Below are positions 49,533 to 59,496 of a DNA stretch of 64,000 bases, one piece after another. A program made the translations under genes and the position numbers. The stretch's first letter is position 1; the number at the start of each line of letters is the position of its first letter. Location of the stretch: the NCBI GenBank assembly GCA_964647565.1, contig CAZYIM010000009.1, positions 11,266-75,265 of the forward strand, written 5' to 3'. The DNA is from an uncultured Methanosarcinales archaeon (lineage in GTDB: Archaea; Nanobdellota; Nanobdellia; Woesearchaeales; CAZYIM01). The notes beneath the pieces were generated by a model. It ran no database searches, was not told where the DNA came from, and worked only from the letters and a program-made list of their open reading frames with translations.

Positions 49533-50981
49533 CTAGTGGCCTCCTTGTCTGGCTCTCCTATCTGCTTCTTCTCTTCGCCTTTTCTCTCTTTCCTTTTCAT
49601 CCTTGACAGACAATATATTTTTCTCTATTACCTTTCTTTTCTCAAGTTCATCAAGCACTTCAGTCTTTATCTTAGCGTTCCTGATCTGGTCTGGTTTGTC
49701 TCTCAACAATCCAAGCCGTCTGTAAAGCTTGGCCATTTGAGGTAAGCTTTCATCATAGAGTCTTGCCAGTTCATTTCTCATCTCAACAGGAGAAAAATTA
49801 TTTGGCTTGAAAACAACCTCTGTAAAATCATAGTGGTTATAGTTCCAATCAAAGATCCTCTTTGCCTTTTTCATCTTATCAAATTCCTTTGTTCCTGGCA
49901 AAGGGGTGAAAGGCAAGAATTGAGCGTCTTTCATACCTGATTCATTGACAACCCTTATCGTATTGTCAAATGTTTGCCTATTGTCTCCATCCAGACCGAC
50001 AACAAAAGTACCCAAAACATCAATATTATATTTTTCCTGGATCTTTCTTACCCCTTTGACAAAGTAATCTATCAGGCTTTGGCCTTGTTTGAGATTATAT
50101 TTCTCTCCTGCAAGGGTCTTTAAGCTTTTAGGGGACAATGAATCAAATCCTATAAGCACGCCTTGTGCTCCACTATCTCGCATAGCACTCAAAACGCTGT
50201 CATATCTGTGCACTGCAAAAGATGTTGATCCAAACCAAGGGTGATCCATTGGAATCATGCCCTTGAAAAGTTGCTTGGCTCGCTTCCTTCCAGGTTCTGA
50301 AAAAGTAATCAGATTAGGATCTGTAAAATAAACTCGGTCTCCTTTAGGTATGTTAGACATATCCTCAAGCGTTTTTTTAACGGATGCAGCTTCATAACCT
50401 TGGCCATAGACGAATCTTGCACTGCAAAACGCACATATCCTGTCACAGCTTACAGATGTCTGTACAGGCCAGTTGATGTTCTTGCCGTATCCCACAACCT
50501 CAAATCCTGAAAAATCAGGCGCCTTAAGATCGTTCATAGGAGTTCGCTCTCCCTGATAGAAATTCTTTAGCTTGCCCTTTTCAAAGTCTTTTAACATCTG
50601 TGGAAATATCTTCTCTCCTGGACCTACACCAACAGCGTCCACTCTTTTTGCAAAGAATCCTGGGTCAACCCCTGCAACATAACCACCAACCATGATGGCA
50701 GTCTCAGTGCCCATTACACCGTCTGCTTCCTCAATCTCTTCGATTAGGTCCATTGTCCTTTCTATATTGCAGACATTGCCTCCGCTTAGAGCAACAACAT
50801 CTACATTCCCCACATGATCGTAGGCATTGAATGGCTTGACTGTCTCGTCAACTATCTTCTTGTTCCAGTTATCCGGGGTATAAGCCGCCAGATACGCAAG
50901 GCTCAGTGCAGGCATCCTGGTATTCATATATAGTGTTCCTGGATTTACAACATTCACCATTGCAACAGTTTTTTCTGTCAT
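49533..50981 (-). CDS. B12-binding radical SAM enzyme
   Basis: PALSLAYLAAYTP, IMVGG (cobalamin-binding domain); CDRICAFC; FVVGLDGD, TPLPGT. Confidence 0.9.
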   Translation of the reverse strand: MTEKTVAMVNVVNPGTLYMNTRMPALSLAYLAAYTPDNWNKKIVDETVKPFNAYDHVGNVDVVALSGGNVCNIERTMDLIEEIEEADGVMGTETAIMVGGYVAGVDPGFFAKRVDAVGVGPGEKIFPQMLKDFEKGKLKNFYQGERTPMNDLKAPDFSGFEVVGYGKNINWPVQTSVSCDRICAFCSARFVYGQGYEAASVKKTLEDMSNIPKGDRVYFTDPNLITFSEPGRKRAKQLFKGMIPMDHPWFGSTSFAVHRYDSVLSAMRDSGAQGVLIGFDSLSPKSLKTLAGEKYNLKQGQSLIDYFVKGVRKIQEKYNIDVLGTFVVGLDGDNRQTFDNTIRVVNESGMKDAQFLPFTPLPGTKEFDKMKKAKRIFDWNYNHYDFTEVVFKPNNFSPVEMRNELARLYDESLPQMAKLYRRLGLLRDKPDQIRNAKIKTEVLDELEKRKVIEKNILSVKDEKEREKRRREEADRRARQGGH

Positions 50982-51007
50982 ATTGATCTCCTCCTAGTTT
51001 TAGTTAA

Positions 51008-54000
51008 TTATCTTTTCAGATGGTTTTTTGAAATATATCTGAACATCATATCATCTGTCTTGGTCTTGAGCATCTCTCCAATCTTCTGATCGCCAACACC
51101 TACAGCTCTCATTCGATCTACGAAAGCAACATATGGCTCTGCAAGCTCTGCCTTATGCTCATTGAAATAGGCCTGTTTGGCCTGTGTAATGTTAAATGTA
51201 AGGCTGGCTCCTACCATGCTTTGATACTGTTTTTTTAGCCGCGGATTTAATTCATCTTGTTTTTCGTCTTTATCTTTGGCCAACTCAAGGTCTCCCAATG
51301 TGCATTCGATTGTACCACATGGGAATGTTACCCGGACCTCTTCGTCAGGATCATCAGGATCATAGACCTCATCAATAGTCCCGACCTTCCTGCTCGGACA
51401 GTAATATTCACTGCTCTTCTTTACTCTAACCTGAGAATCGTCAGTTATATGTTCTGAGTTATCATCAGCAGGATCACTAATCAGCATTACTGGCATCAAT
51501 TCACTTGCTTTTATTTTATAATAACTTTCAGGAAAATCTCCAAAAGGCACGAAATCCAGCTCACTATCCATCCGTCCAGCTGTGCCAATGGGCAGCTCTT
51601 CAACACTGGTTCCTCCGGCATATTCATTGCCGTTTTCAGAAGTGTGGGTGACTGCAATATCATCCCTATTTAACCGACCTCCTTCTTTTTGTCCTGTTAT
51701 CGAAAGCATATAGAACTTGATATCCTGAGAAGCTGCACCTTGCCTGGCTTCCTTCTCAAACTGTTCAAAATCCTCCCTGTCAAACGCAGTTCTGGAATAG
51801 GTAAAAACAATACCTGTTGATCTCTGTAATGTCTTCTGCACCAGATTGTATATACTTGTATAATCATATTGGGATTTTACATGATCCAACTTATCCAGTG
51901 CAGATGTTGAGGGCAATAAACCTGAAAACTTCTTAAGATGTTCATTTGAAAGATTAGCCTGATAGAATGCCTTGATATAAGGCCGTTCAATGCCAAGCTC
52001 ACTCATGTTTTCAACACCCATCCTTATCAGGACTTTCTCTTCCTCGACTGGATCAATTTCTTTATGCCTATATTCATCAGCGATCTTGGATAAAGATCTC
52101 CGAAGTCTCTTCTTCTTAAGTCTATGACTATTTTCCCTAAAATGATACCTGCCTAATTTAAACAAAAAGCCTCCGAATTCAAAAATATTGACTGCAGTAT
52201 CCTTAACAGTATGAGGTGTCCAGTCAAACAATGCAAACTGGGTCCTGTTTGAAACCTCCTTTGTAGCTTCTGTAGTCCATTCAACTGCATCATCCAGTCT
52301 AAGTGCCCTGTATGGTTTGGTCATCTGCCAGCGTATATCTGACCATGAGACATTGCGTAGAAGATCTGATATTCCATCCTTGGCTCTATCAAGCTTCAAC
52401 TTATGCCCAAGATCCGACATACTATCCTTGGCCCTGTCCAATTTCAGCTGTCTACCAAGATTTGACAGCCTGTTCTTGGCCTTGTCCAGCTTCAGGTACT
52501 GCTTGATTGATTCTGGCATCTTAATCTTAATACATGGTTCCTTAACAATTCTAACCTGGTCTTTACGTATATCCCAGGTTACAATTGGATGATCAGGATC
52601 TTTGGATAGATGATGAAACTCAATATAATAAGCTTCATCTGTCTCTCTCTTAACATAACCCCAACTACCTTCTTTAGAATAGTTATAGCCGGCTCCATTA
52701 ATGACTTCAGCCTTAGGCCTGCCCTCGGCATCACGAACTACTCGATCTTCTAATAAAGAATATTTTCCTAGCGTCTTAACCAAGTTCTCACTCATCTTCG
52801 GGATAAACGGACTTAGAACTTTACGCTTCTCAATAATATCAACATCATCTTTTCGGACCTCTTTAACCCTGGGTGTCTTATGGCCATATTTAGAGAGATG
52901 GAACTCAATCTCATACCTGTCCGCAGATTCACCAATAACATAACCCCAGTCACCTTCGTGTATAGTCATGTATCTCGAATCATCAGTAAGTATTGCTTTT
53001 GGCCTGCCTTTTGCCACTGGATCGATGCCAATCTTTGCTAAAAGACCGCTTAATCTAAACGACTTATGAATTTTATTTCTCTTGTTGTGTCTCAGTTCAT
53101 CTCTCTTATTCTCTCTCTTCTGTCTTCGCTTGTCCTTTCTCTCATCTTTCCGATCCACAAAATCATCAAGATATCTATAATCACGATCCCGTTCAAAGTT
53201 AGGCCTCCAGTGATCAGGAGATTTAAACTTCGTAGCTTTCCTAAGCTCGCTTGGCTTTAAGCAGTAATAATCATTATGCTTATCCCTAAAATCCAGGTCT
53301 CCATCTATCCTGCCAAGGGTTCCAATAGGAATCTTCTCAACAAGAGTCCCATCAGAATACTCGTCTCCTTTCAGGGCCTTATGTGTTATAACTTCGTCAT
53401 CTCTTTTTAGCTTAGGTCTCCCTTTCTTAATTTTATATAAGTTAAGATCGTAGATATTCTGTATCCTATCCAAGAATCTTTTATAATCGGATTTATTAGT
53501 CAAATCAGGCAGCTGGATCTTAAAGCCTGTCTTCTTAAGGATCTTCTGCTCAATCTCCTCACAAAAGACAGAATATGAATAGGTCTTGTGTTTTAACTTG
53601 TCCAACTGGTATACCATGAACCCTAAAAACTGATCCTTTGATCCTATCAAGCCCTCGTACTTACTGACAGCTTCGTTTGCAGACAAGCCACCAAATATAC
53701 CCTCTTTTGCAGCCACATTCACAAGTGCCTGCTTTATCAACATATCAAGATCAGAAGTTGGCTTATTGGCTTGTCTCAACACAGTTTTCTGATGTTGAGC
53801 ATCTAATTCCTTGCTACAAATGCTCAATAGACTTAGTCTTGTCAGATCTGAATAATCTTCAATATACTCCAATCTCTTGCCAAAAGGTTTTACCAGATCA
53901 TGGATCAGGTTTGCAACAACAATCTCTTCAACAGGAAAACCAGTAAAAAATACATCCTGATATGGTTCTGTTCTCTTTTCAGGGATGGGCAACTCTTCTG

Positions 54001-54739
54001 ACATTGGTTTTTGCCTAGGTTCGCTCTCTTCAACAGGCGTTTCCTGTCCAGCCTTGCCAAAGATATTTTGAGTCCATGCTCTTAGCCTGCTAACTTCTAC
54101 AGGCGTCTCTTTCATCCTGATGAAATCCAGGATTGGCGTCATCGGCGCAGCCAGCTCATTGCTCAGCTGATCATTAATATATTGTTGAGCAGAAAAATCT
54201 GCATTCGGCTTGCTTTTAAGATTTGAATACTTAGCAGCTGTTGAAGCCAGGATAATGCTCGTAAGCTCTTCAATCTGCTCAGCATATCTGCCAGCTCTTT
54301 GGGAGACAGCTCTTGGCGTCTTTCCAACGACAAGATTAGCCAACACCATATTGAGCAAAGGACTATAATCATTAGTATAGTCATAGTCTTTTTCTGTTCT
54401 GGAAAGGATTGATGCTATCTTCTTGACAGGATTAAATCCAATCTCAGGAACATTGATCTCCTCTTCTCCTCCAAACAGGTTCTGTTCTATCTTCTCATTC
54501 ACAGAATCCTCTATCATAGAATCAAAATCATCATCGTCATCAGAAGGAACAGGATGCTCTTCAAACAGATCAAGTTCTTTTATTTTTTTAAGTTGTTTCT
54601 TTTTTTCAGGAGTCAGATTCAAAAGTTTTTCATTTGTAAGATCGTTATAGGCAGTATCATAATTAGTTTTCTCTTTACGCTCATATCTATTATTACCATA
54701 CATGTCATTAACATAGTCATCCAGTGTATCCCGAGTCAT
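51008..54739 (-). CDS. Large (1243 aa) hypothetical protein with duplicated SH3-like modules
   Basis: Long ORF with visible internal repeats; ATGA overlap with the E1 gene. Confidence 0.75.
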   Translation of the reverse strand: MTRDTLDDYVNDMYGNNRYERKEKTNYDTAYNDLTNEKLLNLTPEKKKQLKKIKELDLFEEHPVPSDDDDDFDSMIEDSVNEKIEQNLFGGEEEINVPEIGFNPVKKIASILSRTEKDYDYTNDYSPLLNMVLANLVVGKTPRAVSQRAGRYAEQIEELTSIILASTAAKYSNLKSKPNADFSAQQYINDQLSNELAAPMTPILDFIRMKETPVEVSRLRAWTQNIFGKAGQETPVEESEPRQKPMSEELPIPEKRTEPYQDVFFTGFPVEEIVVANLIHDLVKPFGKRLEYIEDYSDLTRLSLLSICSKELDAQHQKTVLRQANKPTSDLDMLIKQALVNVAAKEGIFGGLSANEAVSKYEGLIGSKDQFLGFMVYQLDKLKHKTYSYSVFCEEIEQKILKKTGFKIQLPDLTNKSDYKRFLDRIQNIYDLNLYKIKKGRPKLKRDDEVITHKALKGDEYSDGTLVEKIPIGTLGRIDGDLDFRDKHNDYYCLKPSELRKATKFKSPDHWRPNFERDRDYRYLDDFVDRKDERKDKRRQKRENKRDELRHNKRNKIHKSFRLSGLLAKIGIDPVAKGRPKAILTDDSRYMTIHEGDWGYVIGESADRYEIEFHLSKYGHKTPRVKEVRKDDVDIIEKRKVLSPFIPKMSENLVKTLGKYSLLEDRVVRDAEGRPKAEVINGAGYNYSKEGSWGYVKRETDEAYYIEFHHLSKDPDHPIVTWDIRKDQVRIVKEPCIKIKMPESIKQYLKLDKAKNRLSNLGRQLKLDRAKDSMSDLGHKLKLDRAKDGISDLLRNVSWSDIRWQMTKPYRALRLDDAVEWTTEATKEVSNRTQFALFDWTPHTVKDTAVNIFEFGGFLFKLGRYHFRENSHRLKKKRLRRSLSKIADEYRHKEIDPVEEEKVLIRMGVENMSELGIERPYIKAFYQANLSNEHLKKFSGLLPSTSALDKLDHVKSQYDYTSIYNLVQKTLQRSTGIVFTYSRTAFDREDFEQFEKEARQGAASQDIKFYMLSITGQKEGGRLNRDDIAVTHTSENGNEYAGGTSVEELPIGTAGRMDSELDFVPFGDFPESYYKIKASELMPVMLISDPADDNSEHITDDSQVRVKKSSEYYCPSRKVGTIDEVYDPDDPDEEVRVTFPCGTIECTLGDLELAKDKDEKQDELNPRLKKQYQSMVGASLTFNITQAKQAYFNEHKAELAEPYVAFVDRMRAVGVGDQKIGEMLKTKTDDMMFRYISKNHLKR

Positions 54740-56220
54740 TGTTGCTGCCTCAACAGATGTGGATTCTTCTTGACAAACTTATCCACCATCTTTTGTGTGA
54801 TTTTAAGATTAGGAACTGGTTTTGAATAGCAATCGCAGGGATCGTTAAGAGGATCTGTTCCAAACCTGGTCGGACCTTCTGCCCTATAGGTGACCTCTCC
54901 ATTGAATGGCTCTCCAAATTTCTCAGGCTCAAACAAGCTAAAAGACGCCAGCATGGCCATTGCACCTGAAATCGCATTGGGCATAACAACAGATGGGTCT
55001 GGATTGTCAACGCAGCTTGCTCTTCTTATCATCTCAGCCTGCTTACCCTGCTCAAAGATATCATAGATGCAGTTCATGCACTGGGTCTTGCCAGGCGACT
55101 GGGTTATCACTCTTGCACTATAGGGCATGGCACCTGCACTTATCAGGTGTGCACCATTTTCAAGGGCCCATGCAGTATTGACTGCTCGAGTATAAGGATT
55201 GTCAACAAGATCAAATCCAAGCTGGTACTTTTTCTTTGTTGTAAAACCAGGCTCTATCATCTGATCTATTCCCTTTGACTTGGTCCTGCCTCTAGACATG
55301 GCCTTGATCTTCTTTGCTCCATGAACACATTTCTTTTCCCCAATACCATCTATTCCAAGGATCTGCCTGTGCGGATTGGTCGTATCAAAAATATCATAAT
55401 CCACAAGGTCAAGACATTTGAAATTCATGTAGGATCCAGGAATACCTGCCCAATTACCAATTGCGCCAAATCCTAGAATGACTGCCTGTATCTTGGCATA
55501 TATATCCCAATCAGGAGTAGGTATATCCTTAAAGCTCTTAGGAAATCCAAATCTATAACCCTCACCGAGCCTGTACCTGACTGGCTTGCCAAGATATTTT
55601 CCTTCTTCTTTAAAAATGACCTTTCTCATCTCTTCTGTCGTGACACCGCACATCAATAAAGCCATAAGCTCATCTTGTGACTTGCCTTCAAACATAGGCA
55701 TCAGACCCGCAGGATCTTTCTCACCATTGGTCTGCATCAGCTTGGTATATCCAAAAACAGAGGAAGTGCTTAGAACAGGGACATCCATATCGTGTCCTTT
55801 TGCCATTGCACGCCTTTTTGAGTTCAATGAGTTAGTAGCATCAACAATAACACTGGCATCACCAAGCAGATCGTCGTCTGCAGAGGACTCCAGCTGCGTG
55901 ACATAGCTTTCAATCTTTACCTGGGGATTCAAGGCCCCCAATAACGCAGCATAGCTTTCTGCCCTGGGACCCACGGGTACTTCCTGACCAAGAAACATCT
56001 CTCCTTTTTCAACATCTGAACCGTCAATCAGAACAAGATGCCCAATACCTAATGGAATTGCACAGGCCGCAGTCCATAAGCCTTGCTTATCTAGACCAAC
56101 AATCGCAGCTCTGGATTGAGTCAGCATTTCCTGACCTTCATCTCCCCAGATCCTCTTCTGCCTATTATATCTCTCTTTCTCAATCATTACTGCTTTTTCT
56201 GTCTTTTTTCGTTTTGGCAT
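54736..56220 (-). CDS. E1-like enzyme with two ThiF/MoeB domains (inactive plus active)
   Basis: Domain 1 RYNRQKRIWG...IVGLDKQG; domain 2 LGFGAIG, VDYD..DTTNPHRQ, DLVDN, CMNC, ASC. Confidence 0.88.
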   Translation of the reverse strand: MPKRKKTEKAVMIEKERYNRQKRIWGDEGQEMLTQSRAAIVGLDKQGLWTAACAIPLGIGHLVLIDGSDVEKGEMFLGQEVPVGPRAESYAALLGALNPQVKIESYVTQLESSADDDLLGDASVIVDATNSLNSKRRAMAKGHDMDVPVLSTSSVFGYTKLMQTNGEKDPAGLMPMFEGKSQDELMALLMCGVTTEEMRKVIFKEEGKYLGKPVRYRLGEGYRFGFPKSFKDIPTPDWDIYAKIQAVILGFGAIGNWAGIPGSYMNFKCLDLVDYDIFDTTNPHRQILGIDGIGEKKCVHGAKKIKAMSRGRTKSKGIDQMIEPGFTTKKKYQLGFDLVDNPYTRAVNTAWALENGAHLISAGAMPYSARVITQSPGKTQCMNCIYDIFEQGKQAEMIRRASCVDNPDPSVVMPNAISGAMAMLASFSLFEPEKFGEPFNGEVTYRAEGPTRFGTDPLNDPCDCYSKPVPNLKITQKMVDKFVKKNPHLLRQQQ

Positions 56221-56228
56221 TTTCTTGG

Positions 56229-58037
56229 TTATTTTTTAGGGGGTGTTTTTCTTACAGACTTTTGTTTTGCCGGTGCAGCGTCTTTGTAGATTTGATTCAC
56301 ATAATTCTCTAAAAGCTCGTTTCTTCCTTCAAGATGTGCAAAAGAAAAATCTTCCATGAATTGCAAAGTGGTTTCATCCTCATTCAGTACCATATCCAAT
56401 GCAAGACTGATCGTTGCATTCCTTGCTGCATAAAAATTCGTATCATATTGCTCAACTGCAAGAGGATTATCCTCTACCAGAGGCCCTGCCGCAAGCACTG
56501 CATCCTTTAGCCCATAGGTTTGTGGTGCTGTATTCGCAACGAAACCAATTTGGTTTGTTATCCCAGGTCTATATTCACTCAGATCGTCTATCAGAAAATC
56601 AATATAGGTCGAGTATTTGCATTCTGTTCTCTGCGAAAGCGCCCTGTATTGGAATGCTGCCATCACAAACATCGTAGCAATCTCAAGTGGCTCATTATAA
56701 TCTCTGTTCTCTTTCCACTCCAAACCATTTGGCAATTCAGGTTTTACTGGTTTTCCAGGTCCTACTGCAACAGATTCTCCAGTGTCAAGAGCTTCAAGCA
56801 GAAGTTCTGTATCATCAGGTATGTTTATAGTCTCTTCCACAATGTTTTCAGTTTCAGGAATGTCTAATTTTGACAGTTCTTCTTCCACCATAAATTCTAT
56901 TCTGTCTTTTACTGAAGGAGTTATTTTGTTTACGCCAAAACCCCCCCAGGGTAAGGGCGCGTACTTGGCTGCTGTTGAAACAACAGTTGTTCCTTTAGCA
57001 GGATAAGTAGTAACATAACGAGTATGACCCCATTTAGGAAATATTGTCCTCTCCTTGACAATTTTCTTGACTTCATCAGCAGTCGGAAGGTTTTTATCTT
57101 CATCAAACATCTCAAAACCAACATTTGCATAAGGTTTATATGCCTCTTTTTGAGAGAGTACAAACTTTTCCTGCACACCTAGAGCAACATAAGGATCATC
57201 TTTTCCAGAGTTGTTGAACACAAAGCTCCATGCAAAGTTGACCAGTCTTGGCTCTTCTGTAGTATGATCAATGATGTCAAGCAATTGCGCCATGAACTCA
57301 TTTTTCTTGAAATCCTTTCTCTTGGGATTTAGACCATAGTGCTTTAGAACTGTGTAGAACGCTTCATCATCAGGATAGACAAATTTAACTATTGCATCTG
57401 AAAGTGCATCGCCCTTAAGAATCAGCTTGTCCGCATCGTATTCTTTTGCAAGAGTGGATTGAATAAGATCAAATCTTGAACCATGAACACGTCTTGTGGT
57501 CTTAGCAAACTTGTTGGTAAGATTAACAAGCACATCATCATCATCCTTGCTGTGATGCAGACCTCCTCTTTTAGATGGATGTATATGGAAAAGCGCTGCA
57601 GATCTTTTGTTTGTACCGTCTCGTTTATTCCACTTATATACCTCTCTAGCAGCAGTATCATAGTTATTGTCAATCCTGATTGAACCTATTGTAACCTCTA
57701 ATTTTCTTGGAACAATAAAATCATATAACCTAAATAAGTCATCGCCTAAATCAGTCAGGAATAATCCTCCAGTCTCCAATGCCTTTTTACCTTGTTTTTG
57801 GGTCACAGGTCCAATCATCTTTCCAAATTCCAGACATCTATGAGATATCAATGGCTTTTTAGGCACCAATTCCCTAGCAGATAGGATTTTGGTTTTCTTC
57901 GCCTCAGGTTCATCATCCAAAGCCTCTAGGAGCTCATCAGCAAAAGTGCCGTCTAGATCATAGCCGCCAAGAGCAGCTCCGTTGATATCGCACATCCCAT
58001 CTGGACAGTCATCAGCTTGTTTCTTTTTTCGTGTCAT
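56229..58037 (-). CDS. JAMM/JAB (MPN+) metalloprotease domain protein with a long C-terminal extension
   Basis: ISHRCLE..., LETGGLFL, FHIHP-x8-SKDD; AGGTGA RBS before ATG 58037. Confidence 0.72.
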   Translation of the reverse strand: MTRKKKQADDCPDGMCDINGAALGGYDLDGTFADELLEALDDEPEAKKTKILSARELVPKKPLISHRCLEFGKMIGPVTQKQGKKALETGGLFLTDLGDDLFRLYDFIVPRKLEVTIGSIRIDNNYDTAAREVYKWNKRDGTNKRSAALFHIHPSKRGGLHHSKDDDDVLVNLTNKFAKTTRRVHGSRFDLIQSTLAKEYDADKLILKGDALSDAIVKFVYPDDEAFYTVLKHYGLNPKRKDFKKNEFMAQLLDIIDHTTEEPRLVNFAWSFVFNNSGKDDPYVALGVQEKFVLSQKEAYKPYANVGFEMFDEDKNLPTADEVKKIVKERTIFPKWGHTRYVTTYPAKGTTVVSTAAKYAPLPWGGFGVNKITPSVKDRIEFMVEEELSKLDIPETENIVEETINIPDDTELLLEALDTGESVAVGPGKPVKPELPNGLEWKENRDYNEPLEIATMFVMAAFQYRALSQRTECKYSTYIDFLIDDLSEYRPGITNQIGFVANTAPQTYGLKDAVLAAGPLVEDNPLAVEQYDTNFYAARNATISLALDMVLNEDETTLQFMEDFSFAHLEGRNELLENYVNQIYKDAAPAKQKSVRKTPPKK

Positions 58038-58050
58038 TTTGATTATCACC

Positions 58051-59475
58051 TTATTCAATTTGTGTTGCAATTACCTCTACTATTTGATAGCCTTTTTTCC
58101 TGGCTTGCGATCTTGTCATAGAACCTTGTCTTAGAATATCATTCAGATGTGTACCAAAGTAGGAATGTCCTGAATGGCTATCCAGACTTTCCTTGTTCAA
58201 TGGCTGCATATAGACATTAGCAGCGTCACTCAACTTCCTGACCATTTCAAGCAAGGTATTGTTGTAGGAACCCTCGTTTCGGTTCAGGTTGCATAACGTG
58301 CTATATCCACTAGTCCTGTCTCGTAAACAAGGGTGATATGGACTAGGCTCGATTATATATGGATAATCTGTGGTATAAGCTTTGCCACTCCCCCATCCGA
58401 TCTTAATTGCAACTCTTATTGCTTCAAAAGGCCAGAATTTTTTTGGATCTCTACCGTCCTGTGTTGCAAACTTAGGAAGAGTTGTATATACTAGGTATTC
58501 GCTGCCACTCCGTCTTAAAAAACCACAACCACCAATATCATACTCATCCAATTTAGCCAAATCTACCATGTAACCCTTGGTCATGTCCCGCTTTTGCATA
58601 ACCTCATTTATTGCCTGGAAAGCCTGCTTGCTCTTTTCAAGAGCTCTCACTTTCCACTGCTGTTTTTTTCTATTAACAAGATACTCGCTCAATCTAGATA
58701 TGCTCATAGACGCATTTTCAGACGGCACATAATTACGATTGTTAATTCGAAATCCGAGGCCCAAATGGGGTTTGCCCCCGACCTTTTTTAGTTCAAAGAC
58801 ATTCTGTCCAAGAACATAAAAAGGCTGGAAATCAATTAAATTCCCAAAGTCCGAGACTCTTAGATTCTTTCTTTTCAAACCTAACTCAGACAGAGCAATC
58901 CTTCCGCGGATTGCACTAGAGGTATCTATCTTTTCAGTCTCTTCCTGAATCAGTTTCTTTCTCATAAATTCTCCAAAGTCATCATCACTTTTTTCAAATT
59001 CCTTTGGATCCCCAAAACTTGCAATCAACTTGTCTGCTATCTCCTTTCTTGCCTGTTCCAAAGGATCAAACACTTCATTTTCATCCTTGTCATCAAGCAA
59101 ATCCAGGAGAATGAGATCATTATCATATTTCTTGCTGACAAGAAAGGGCATGAAATCATTCATGATATAACTCAGAGTATTTATCCTGTTTGATTCGTCG
59201 GCCACGCGATCCTCTGAATCAAGCCTCTGATGGATTTTTTCCTGCAGATATCTATCACTGTATTTATGGATAGCTTCTTCCTGCCTTACCTCATCCCGGC
59301 TCTCAAACTCAGCAAAACTTAAAGATGGCGCCAGTGAGAACTCCAGGCTGCCATTAAAGAACATCTTATCAGGATAGCCATTAGACTCTATAGGGGAGTA
59401 TACTCTATCTCCAAAAAGTACAAAAGAGGATTGCTTTTCAGCAATCCTGTCTAAAAAAGTTAAAAATTTGCTCAT
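58051..59475 (-). CDS. Protein with a C-terminal E2/UBC-like domain (putative)
   Basis: Beta-meander, then YPYIIEPSPYHPCL...TLCNL, a helix and PLN; operon context. Confidence 0.5.
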   Translation of the reverse strand: MSKFLTFLDRIAEKQSSFVLFGDRVYSPIESNGYPDKMFFNGSLEFSLAPSLSFAEFESRDEVRQEEAIHKYSDRYLQEKIHQRLDSEDRVADESNRINTLSYIMNDFMPFLVSKKYDNDLILLDLLDDKDENEVFDPLEQARKEIADKLIASFGDPKEFEKSDDDFGEFMRKKLIQEETEKIDTSSAIRGRIALSELGLKRKNLRVSDFGNLIDFQPFYVLGQNVFELKKVGGKPHLGLGFRINNRNYVPSENASMSISRLSEYLVNRKKQQWKVRALEKSKQAFQAINEVMQKRDMTKGYMVDLAKLDEYDIGGCGFLRRSGSEYLVYTTLPKFATQDGRDPKKFWPFEAIRVAIKIGWGSGKAYTTDYPYIIEPSPYHPCLRDRTSGYSTLCNLNRNEGSYNNTLLEMVRKLSDAANVYMQPLNKESLDSHSGHSYFGTHLNDILRQGSMTRSQARKKGYQIVEVIATQIE

Positions 59476-59496
59476 TCTCAGTTCTCAACCAAAGTT

